Assembly (NCBI GenBank): GCA_964520585.1
Contig: CAZFOO010000009.1
Location: forward strand, 6,196 to 70,195
DNA length: 64,000 nt
Source of the DNA: an uncultured Bacteroidales bacterium
GTDB taxonomy: Bacteria; Bacteroidota; Bacteroidia; Bacteroidales; PUMT01
Direction of reading: 5' to 3'
Position 1 is the stretch's first letter, and the number at the start of each line of letters is the position of its first letter. Both the position numbers and the translations under genes were made by a program. Shown here one piece after another: positions 1 to 7,294 of the stretch. Under the pieces are notes generated by a model that saw only the letters and a program-made list of their open reading frames with translations, did not search any database and was not told where the DNA came from.

Positions 1-35
1 TGCGTTATTTTGAAGTATCTCAACAAAACGGTGCC

Positions 36-653
36 TTGAACAGTAAATCAGGAATTTTTATTTTATCACTGCTCATTCAGTCATTATTGCTGATTAATAC
101 CTGGGAAGCTTTTCCACAGGAGGATTCTCTGTATGTTAATAATAATCTGCAGGTTAAGGAATCAGAAGAAGGGTTTAAACCGGATCCCGCCAAGGCGGCA
201 ATGTATTCTGCTGTTCTTCCTGGAATGGGCCAGGTGTATAACCGCAAATACTGGAAAGTCCCCATAGTTTATGCAGGCTTTGCCGGGCTTACCTGGTATA
301 CTATGTTTGCTCATGAAGAATTTGTCCGCTACAGAAATGCCATAGATTTTCGTGTTGATGGCAATCCTGAAACAATCGATGAGTTTGCGGGTGATGCCAG
401 ATATACTGATGAAGTAATAACCAGGTTTAAGGATTATTACAGGAGGCAACGGGACCGCACAGTGATCTGGACCACATTGTTTTATGTTTTAAATATTATT
501 GATGCAACTGTCGATGCGCATTTGTTTGAATTTGATGTAAGTGAGGACCTTGGCATGAAAATAGGTCCCTCTTTTCATGTGCCGGACCGGGCAATGCCGG
601 GCAATATTGGTAAGCAAACCGGAATGGGTATTCGTTTCAGTGTGAATTTTTAA
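36..653 (+). CDS. DUF5683-like membrane protein
   Basis: 205-aa ORF with a TTG start and a hydrophobic N-terminus. The motif AAMYSAVLPGMGQVYNRKYWKVPIVYAGFAG is as I recall for the Bacteroidota DUF5683 family. It lies directly upstream of an SLT/LysM gene. Confidence 0.6.
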   Translation: MNSKSGIFILSLLIQSLLLINTWEAFPQEDSLYVNNNLQVKESEEGFKPDPAKAAMYSAVLPGMGQVYNRKYWKVPIVYAGFAGLTWYTMFAHEEFVRYRNAIDFRVDGNPETIDEFAGDARYTDEVITRFKDYYRRQRDRTVIWTTLFYVLNIIDATVDAHLFEFDVSEDLGMKIGPSFHVPDRAMPGNIGKQTGMGIRFSVNF

Positions 654-681
654 TATCTTTACCAGGTAAATACATATTAAA

Positions 682-2238
682 ATGAAGATACTGCTAACAA
701 CGTTAATTGTTTTGCTCTTTCACTTTTGCGTCTGTTCCCTGTCCATTGCCCAGAATGGTGGAAGAACTCATGCAACTGATGATACCATTGATCTGAATTT
801 TGAAAGAAACCTGGATAGCCTGGTCAATATCTGGTATGTCAAAAATGCCACGTTTCATGGTAATAGTAATGAAGACCCCGACACTGCCGGTTTGGTAGTT
901 CCCCATTTTCCCGACTCAGTATATATGCACAGGCTGGGCAATATCATTTCTGTAATTGATATGACCTTTAACAGGATTGTCAGGAATTACATTGATGTTT
1001 ATACCAAAAACAGGAGGGAGCAGGTGGAGGTAATGCTGGGACTTACCGATTACTATTTTCCCGTTTTCGAGGAGGTGCTTGATTATTACGATTTGCCTAA
1101 TGAACTCAGGTATCTGCCTGTGATAGAATCCGCCCTTAATCCCCGTGCTGTTTCACGTGCCGGTGCCAGGGGGATGTGGCAGTTTATGTTTGGAACGGCA
1201 AGAATGTACAACCTTACTATGAATTCTTTTGTTGATGAACGCCATGATCCTCTTGCCTCGACTCATGCGGCCGCCAGATATCTGAAAGATCTTTTCGGGA
1301 TATATGATGACTGGACTCTTGCCCTGGCAGCTTATAACTGTGGCCCCGGTAATGTCAACAGGGCTATCAGAAGGGCAGGCGGATCGAGAAATTACTGGGA
1401 AATATATTATTATCTTCCGAGGGAGACCCGGGGATATGTACCCGCATTTATCGCAGCCACCTATGCGATGACCTATTACAGGGAACATAAGCTTGTTCCT
1501 GTTGCCACAGAGTTCCCTCTACCTGCCGATACAATAATGGTAAACCGTGAACTGCACCTGATGCAGGTTGCAGAGGTACTTGATTTGCCGTTAGATATGT
1601 TAAAAGATATGAATCCCCAGTACCGGCGTGACATAATTCCAGCCCGTGAGCATTCCTATCCCCTGAGGCTCCCAATGGAACATGCTTCAAGGTTTATTGA
1701 TCACCAGGACAGCATTTATGAATACATGGCCGATAAGTACCTGTCTCGCGAACATCTGGCAGTAACTCCGGGAAGGTCTGCTTATACTCCTGATCCGCCT
1801 GCGGGAAGGGCAAGAATAAATTATACGGTTAAAAACGGCGACAATCTGGGCTATATTGCTGAATGGTTCAATGTGCGGGCCTCTGACCTGCGCCACTGGA
1901 ACAATGTACGTGGTAACCTGATTCGTGCCGGGCAACGCCTTGTTGTTTATGTACCCCAAAATCAGTCAGATTATTACGATGAGTTGAACAATATGGGTTT
2001 TACCGAAAAACAGGCAAGATCAGGCAGAAGTCCAGCCGTGAACAAGTCCACCCTGCAAACCGTAGCAGATGAAAACGGAGAGTTTCTCTTTTATACTGTC
2101 AGACAGGGTGATACCTTATGGGATATTGCAAGGCAATTCCCCGGGGTGACTTACAGTGATATTCTCCGGCTTAATAACCTTAGCAGTGCAAAGCGTATTT
2201 TTCCTGGTCAGAAGTTGAAAATTAAACCGGCCGGCTGA
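682..2238 (+). CDS. membrane-bound lytic murein transglycosylase (SLT domain + 2 LysM), MltD-like
   Basis: 518-aa ORF with a signal peptide. SLT catalytic region VIESALNPRAVSRAGARGMWQFM...AAYNCGPGNV. Two C-terminal LysM repeats (YTVKNGDNLGYIAEWFNV, YTVRQGDTLWDIARQF). Confidence 0.85.
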   Translation: MKILLTTLIVLLFHFCVCSLSIAQNGGRTHATDDTIDLNFERNLDSLVNIWYVKNATFHGNSNEDPDTAGLVVPHFPDSVYMHRLGNIISVIDMTFNRIVRNYIDVYTKNRREQVEVMLGLTDYYFPVFEEVLDYYDLPNELRYLPVIESALNPRAVSRAGARGMWQFMFGTARMYNLTMNSFVDERHDPLASTHAAARYLKDLFGIYDDWTLALAAYNCGPGNVNRAIRRAGGSRNYWEIYYYLPRETRGYVPAFIAATYAMTYYREHKLVPVATEFPLPADTIMVNRELHLMQVAEVLDLPLDMLKDMNPQYRRDIIPAREHSYPLRLPMEHASRFIDHQDSIYEYMADKYLSREHLAVTPGRSAYTPDPPAGRARINYTVKNGDNLGYIAEWFNVRASDLRHWNNVRGNLIRAGQRLVVYVPQNQSDYYDELNNMGFTEKQARSGRSPAVNKSTLQTVADENGEFLFYTVRQGDTLWDIARQFPGVTYSDILRLNNLSSAKRIFPGQKLKIKPAG

Positions 2239-2337
2239 TAGCAGATAAACACCGGATGGTTTTTGTATTATAACGGTTATATTTCCGGGAGCCGTCGAAG
2301 AAATAAATGCACTGTTTTTTAATCATAGTCTGTGTAA

Positions 2338-3858
2338 ATGAGACAAGGGATCAAGCCATCCGCTGTTTTATTATTTCTTTTTACAGTATTTATTATCCTG
2401 GCAGCAATATCTGCTGTTTTTCCTCCTGGCGGGTTGCAAATATTACCTGGTGTGCATCTCCATTTCCCTGGCTTTCGTGATTTATTCGATCCGGAGAAGC
2501 CTGAATATGCCGATATTTCTTATCTTACTGAAGTGTGGGATCCTGCTCAGGATTCTGTTATTCTGCATTATCCCGAAGTACTTCCCCCCGAATCAGAGAC
2601 GGAAATACCCGAAAAAGCCGAATCAGATAGTGCAACAGAGAGATCTGTTGTTGCTGCTGATGAAGAAAAATTGCGCAGGCTTGTATTTCCTCTGCAGCTT
2701 CCTCCGGGTAACGATACTGTTATGGATGCGTTTTATAAGGCACTTTACAATACCAGAAACAATACAAGAGTCCGCATCATTCATTATGGGGACTCCCAGA
2801 TAGAGAATGACCGTATAACCTCTGCAATGAGGAATCTCTTTCAGATCAGGTTTGGTGGAGGCGGCCCCGGCATGTTTCCCGTGATATCACCTGTACCTCA
2901 CAATGCTTCCGTGCGTGTCAGTACAACAGGCGACTGGCAAAGATTTACTCCCCTGGAAGGAGGTAAAGGCAGTACCAATCATAACCGTTACGGATTACTG
3001 CTTTCCTACTCAAAGCTGACCACGCATGATTTTGAAAATGATATTGACGGATCGGTTACTATCCGGCCTACAGGGATTGGTTACAGCCGTTCCCGGCAGA
3101 TGAACGAATTAAACTTGTATTTTGGTTATAATAAAGCACCCTTCACCATGGAGCTTAGATCGGGAGAAGAAACTGTTGATGCTGAATTATTTTTCCCTTC
3201 CGACTCTCTCATGACGGTATCCTGGTCACTTTCGGGCAATCCTGAAGAGTATTCAATTATCATTAAAGGACAGGATAGTCCCGAAATATATTCGGTATCA
3301 ATAGATAATCCGGTTGGAGTGGCTGTAGATAATGTCGCCCTGAGGGGAAGCGCCGGACTGGAATTTGCCGGTACCGATGCAGCACTGATGAAACAAATGA
3401 CCGGTGATCTTAATACCGGACTCATAATCATGCAGTTTGGAGTAAATGTTGTTCCGCACGTTGTCGACGATTATACCTATTATGAAAATTCTATGTTCAG
3501 GCAGTTACGGTTTATCAAATCACTTGATCCCGATATCCCTGTTATTGTGGTGGGTGTTTCTGATATGTCAGAAATAAATCAGTCCGGTTACCCGGTATCT
3601 TATCCCAATATCGAAAAGATACGCGATGCCCAGAGAAATGCAGCTTTCCGGGCAGGATTTCCCTTCTGGGACCTTTATGAAGCTATGGGGGGTAGAAATT
3701 CCATGCCGGCCTGGGTTGCTGCTGAGCCGTCACTAGGGCAGACCGATTATACTCATTTTTCTTACCGGGGTTCCACCCTGATAGGAGAATTGCTTTTTAA
3801 TGCTATAATAGCAGGATATGACAATTATCTGGATAGTTACTCAAAGTCGCAGCAGTAA
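2338..3858 (+). CDS. membrane-anchored SGNH/GDSL-type hydrolase or O-acyltransferase-like protein
   Basis: 506-aa ORF with an N-terminal anchor (AVLLFLFTVFIILAAISAVF). SGNH-like blocks are IIHYGDSQIEND (block I), IMQFGVNVV (block III) and GQTDYTHFS (block V, DxxH). No closer family assignment is possible by eye. Confidence 0.55.
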   Translation: MRQGIKPSAVLLFLFTVFIILAAISAVFPPGGLQILPGVHLHFPGFRDLFDPEKPEYADISYLTEVWDPAQDSVILHYPEVLPPESETEIPEKAESDSATERSVVAADEEKLRRLVFPLQLPPGNDTVMDAFYKALYNTRNNTRVRIIHYGDSQIENDRITSAMRNLFQIRFGGGGPGMFPVISPVPHNASVRVSTTGDWQRFTPLEGGKGSTNHNRYGLLLSYSKLTTHDFENDIDGSVTIRPTGIGYSRSRQMNELNLYFGYNKAPFTMELRSGEETVDAELFFPSDSLMTVSWSLSGNPEEYSIIIKGQDSPEIYSVSIDNPVGVAVDNVALRGSAGLEFAGTDAALMKQMTGDLNTGLIIMQFGVNVVPHVVDDYTYYENSMFRQLRFIKSLDPDIPVIVVGVSDMSEINQSGYPVSYPNIEKIRDAQRNAAFRAGFPFWDLYEAMGGRNSMPAWVAAEPSLGQTDYTHFSYRGSTLIGELLFNAIIAGYDNYLDSYSKSQQ

Positions 3859-3884
3859 CGTGAATAACTTTAACTGACGGCCTG

Positions 3885-5411
3885 ATGGATCTGTTTCGTA
3901 GTATTTTTACTTTTTATGAAGATGAGCCAATGCTTTTCACCCGGTTATACTTCTGGGGTTTTTTTTTCGTGCTGTTGCTGTTTTATAGTCTGTTATACCG
4001 GAAGAAAACCCTGAGGAATGCCTACCTGTTTTTCATGAGTCTTTATTTTTATTACCAGTCCGGAGGATATTTTTTTTCACTTCTTATCTTTTCAACCATT
4101 GTTGATTATACATTGGGGCATCTTATATACCGTGCCGCCGGACAAGTCCGCAAGAAAATATTTTTAACCATAAGTATATTTATTAATATCGGACTCCTGG
4201 CCTGGTTTAAATATGCATATTTCTTTGCAGATGTTTTCAACATTATTACAGGAAGTGATCATGAAGTGGTAAATTTTCTGACTCTTTTTTATAACAGGAT
4301 TGCCGGTGGAGATCTGGATGTTTCTATCATTATTCTACCTGTGGGAATTTCCTTTTTTACATTCCAGACTATCAGTTATACCGTCGATGTTTACAGGAAA
4401 AAGCTTAAACCGGTGGGGAATATTATTGATTTTGGGTTTTATGTTTCTTTCTTCCCTCAGCTTGTTGCAGGTCCCATTGTCAGAGCCGCAGAATTCATGC
4501 CCCAGTTATACAGTAAATTCAGTTTGAGTATCCGGGAAATGGGGTATGCTGTTTTTTTGATATTGAACGGACTTATAAAAAAAATGATAATATCCGATTA
4601 TATCTCGGTTAATTTTGTTGACCGGGTATTTGATAATCCATTATCCTATACCGGGTTTGAAAACTTAATGGCTATTTACGGTTATTCAGTTCAGATATAT
4701 TGTGATTTTTCCGGTTATACCGATATAGCTATCGGAGTAGCTTTGCTTCTTGGCTTCCGGTTGCCCATTAACTTTAATTCACCCTATAAAGCTACAGATA
4801 TTTCAGATTTCTGGCGGCGATGGCATATATCACTGTCATCCTGGCTGAGGGATTATCTCTATATACCTCTTGGCGGCAACAGAAAAGGTAAATTACGTAC
4901 CTATGCCAATATTATTGTTACCATGTTGCTGGGTGGATTGTGGCATGGCGCCAGCATAAGGTTTCTAATATGGGGAGGGCTTCACGGACTTGCTCTTACC
5001 GTGCATAAATTATTCACAGCTGTTTTCCCTGACAAAAGATACATTGGTGCGGGAGGGGGAAAAGTGAGGCGGTTTATTTCCCTGTTTGTAACTTTCCAGT
5101 TCGTCTCTTTCACCTGGCTGTTTTTCCGTGGAGAAAGCATGCGGGTTGTAAATAATATGCTGTACAGGATATTCCGGTCTTTTGACTGGGGACTTATACC
5201 GGAGATGGTCGTGTCTCATAGTGAAGTTTTTATGCTTATAGTTATAGCGATGGCTATTCACTGGCTTCCTTCCGGTATAAAGGAATATTACCGTGGTTTA
5301 TTTATCCGGTCCCCGATAATAGTAAAGATCCTTCTGGCAGTACTTGTTGTTTTTGTTATTTACCAGGTAAAGACGGCCGGAACACAACCTTTTATATATT
5401 TCCGTTTTTAA
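3885..5411 (+). CDS. MBOAT-family membrane O-acyltransferase (AlgI/DltB/PatA-type)
   Basis: 508-aa polytopic ORF with MBOAT hallmarks FWRRWHISLSSWLRDYLYIPLGGNRKG and LLGGLWHGAS. Confidence 0.9.
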   Translation: MDLFRSIFTFYEDEPMLFTRLYFWGFFFVLLLFYSLLYRKKTLRNAYLFFMSLYFYYQSGGYFFSLLIFSTIVDYTLGHLIYRAAGQVRKKIFLTISIFINIGLLAWFKYAYFFADVFNIITGSDHEVVNFLTLFYNRIAGGDLDVSIIILPVGISFFTFQTISYTVDVYRKKLKPVGNIIDFGFYVSFFPQLVAGPIVRAAEFMPQLYSKFSLSIREMGYAVFLILNGLIKKMIISDYISVNFVDRVFDNPLSYTGFENLMAIYGYSVQIYCDFSGYTDIAIGVALLLGFRLPINFNSPYKATDISDFWRRWHISLSSWLRDYLYIPLGGNRKGKLRTYANIIVTMLLGGLWHGASIRFLIWGGLHGLALTVHKLFTAVFPDKRYIGAGGGKVRRFISLFVTFQFVSFTWLFFRGESMRVVNNMLYRIFRSFDWGLIPEMVVSHSEVFMLIVIAMAIHWLPSGIKEYYRGLFIRSPIIVKILLAVLVVFVIYQVKTAGTQPFIYFRF

Positions 5412-5595
5412 CCGGTTTTGCCGTTTGCCTCCTGCCCGGGTAATTCACTGTAGTTCCATTAATACCGGCATGGATATCTGAGCTTAATGATGGATATCCA
5501 CGTTTATAAAAAGGAAACTTATATCCAGATGATTTTATAATATTTTAACAATTCCTGTCCAATAATCGGGGGAAACATCTGTTTATTTAACAGGT

Positions 5596-5640
5596 TTAGG
5601 TTAATGTAGTTTTCTTAGGTTTTAGGTTTAGTTTTAGGTT
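5596..5640. repeat. four copies of TTAGGTT within 45 bp
   Basis: TTAGGTT occurs at 5596, 5615, 5622 and 5634 in an intergenic spacer, read directly from the sequence. Confidence 0.7.
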
Positions 5641-5649
5641 AATAAGGGT

Positions 5650-5682
5650 AAAAGGGGGAGCACGCTTGTGTTTCCCCTTTTT
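5650..5682. terminator. candidate bidirectional intrinsic terminator
   Basis: Stem AAAAGGGG (5650-5657) pairs with CCCCTTTT (5674-5681). It is flanked by T-runs on both strands and lies between the convergent MBOAT and HydF-like genes. Confidence 0.5.
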
Positions 5683-5740
5683 GCTGGTATACCCGTTCAT
5701 AATATGTGGGTAGGTGGTTAATTGTTGATTATGGGAGCAC

Positions 5741-5836
5741 CTTTAAAACAAGGACCCCTGAAGCGTCATTTCTGATTTAAAGGTCACCTGAAGCATCATC
5801 CCTGATTAAAGATACTCCGAAGCATCATCCCTGATT
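5741..5836. repeat. three tandem ~30-bp units spanning the stop codon of the HydF-like gene
   Basis: Units are 5741-5777, 5778-5807 and 5808-5836, with conserved core CC(T)GAAGC(A/G)TCAT(C/T)(C/T)CTGATT. On the minus strand they read IRNDASGVL.., IRDDASGDL* and IRDDASEYL*. Confidence 0.85.
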
Positions 5837-7038
5837 TTAACGAAAGGTGCGACCGCCCTTTTATAAATTCCCTGGACCCATGCAATGGCCATTCCGTAAT
5901 TTGTTACAGGAACACCGGCATCAGCTGCGGGCCTGATGCGGTTAGTGAGTTGTCTGCGGGTTATAACACATCCGCCGCACTGGATTACCATGGCGTATTC
6001 ATTTATGGGCCGGGGCAGTGCACCAAGTCCCCCGACAACATCAAACTCCAGTTGCCTGCCTGTAAAATTGCTTATCCACCGGGGTATTTTGACCCTTCCT
6101 ATATCATCACAGGATACATGATGGGTGCACGACTCCAGGATAAGCAACCGGTCACCGTTCTTAAGTTCAGATATTTTTGGTGTCCCTTTCAGGTAAAGTC
6201 CAAAATCGCCACGGTACCTGGCCAGAATTATGCTAAAGCTGGTCAGCGGAATGTCGGGTGGGACGGAGGCATCTGCCTGGGCAAATATCTGGCTGTCGGT
6301 GATTGCCAGCTTGGGTTTGATATTGGTTTTTCTTAAAAATGCATCCACCTCTTTTTCCTTAAGAACCACAGAAACACAATCATTGTCCAGTATGTCACGT
6401 ATAGTCTGAACCTGCGGAAGTATCAGTCTGCCGGCAGGTGCCTGAACATCTATAGGTGTAATAAGCAACACAATATCACCATAACTGAGAAGATCTCCTA
6501 TAAGTCCCGTTGATTTCCAGGCTGAATCGGGTATAGCAGATCTGATTGCCGAAATAATCTCCTCCGGATATTTTTTCTGTTTACTGCTGAATTCAACTAT
6601 TTCACTTCCGGTAAAGCTTCTGATCTTAGTTTTGGTTTGGTTATCCAGTTTTTCAAGATCTGATTTATTATGGATTATAAAAAAGGGCAGGTCAAATTTT
6701 TTAAATTCCGAGACCAGTTTCTTTTCAGGATCTCCAAACTGGTTTTTTGTAATCACCAGAATCGCCAGGTCTACATTCTTTATGCTATCAAGAGTTTTGG
6801 CTATTCTCTTTTCACCTAAAATCCCGCTGTCGTCAGATCCTGCGGTATCAATTAGTACCACCGGCCCGAACCCGGTTATCTCAAATGATTTTTTCACCGG
6901 ATCGGTAGTAGTCCCCGCTACCTCTGATACTATAGCTATATCATACCCTGCAAGAATGTTTATAAGCGTACTTTTGCCATTATTCCTCCGCCCGTAGATG
7001 CCTATATGGGGTTTCCCCTCTTTGCCTTTTTGCATCAC
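5806..7038 (-). CDS. hydF: HydF-family GTPase ([FeFe]-hydrogenase H-cluster maturation GTPase-like)
   Basis: 410 aa. GTPase motifs are G1 GRRNNGKS, G2 GTTTD, G3 DTAG and G4 NKSD. The C-terminal Cys motif is C-T-H-x46-Q-C-G-G-C, compared with the HydF CxH...HCxxC motif as I recall it. Confidence 0.7.
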   Translation of the reverse strand: MMQKGKEGKPHIGIYGRRNNGKSTLINILAGYDIAIVSEVAGTTTDPVKKSFEITGFGPVVLIDTAGSDDSGILGEKRIAKTLDSIKNVDLAILVITKNQFGDPEKKLVSEFKKFDLPFFIIHNKSDLEKLDNQTKTKIRSFTGSEIVEFSSKQKKYPEEIISAIRSAIPDSAWKSTGLIGDLLSYGDIVLLITPIDVQAPAGRLILPQVQTIRDILDNDCVSVVLKEKEVDAFLRKTNIKPKLAITDSQIFAQADASVPPDIPLTSFSIILARYRGDFGLYLKGTPKISELKNGDRLLILESCTHHVSCDDIGRVKIPRWISNFTGRQLEFDVVGGLGALPRPINEYAMVIQCGGCVITRRQLTNRIRPAADAGVPVTNYGMAIAWVQGIYKRAVAPFVKIRDDASEYL

Positions 7039-7248
7039 ATTTAATTTTGCTGTAATTGTATATCTGTGTTTGAAATTATGTTTTTTTAATGACTATAATC
7101 AAACCTGATTGTTATAAAACATAAAGAAATATTTTCGTATTTTGTATCTTTACAATATGTTATCTGCCGAAAAACGGCTTTTCATTTTATGGTTTCAATT
7201 TACCAGGGTTAGGCATTTTTTATTCCTGGGTTAAATAAATTCTATCTG

Positions 7249-7256
7249 CAAAGATA
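7249..7256 (-). promoter_or_regulatory. candidate -7 promoter box (TAtcTTTG on minus strand) inside a palindrome
   Basis: Plus-strand CAAAGATA is the reverse complement of TATCTTTG and matches the Bacteroides TAnnTTTG consensus. It is embedded in the inverted repeat CTATCT-GCAA-AGATAG. It lies about 210 nt upstream of the hydF-like start, so the assignment is weak. Confidence 0.3.
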
Positions 7257-7294
7257 GCATCCGGACGGTTACTTCGGTTAAAAAGATATTATTT

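Noticed and set aside
7157-7240. 27-codon upstream ORF (MLSAEKRLFILWFQFTRVRHFLFLGLNK) ahead of the KamA-family gene, considered as a leader peptide.
   Set aside because: It has no recognisable ribosome-binding context and no regulatory codon run. It starts only about 5 nt after the only plus-strand promoter-like box. The sequence alone does not support it.
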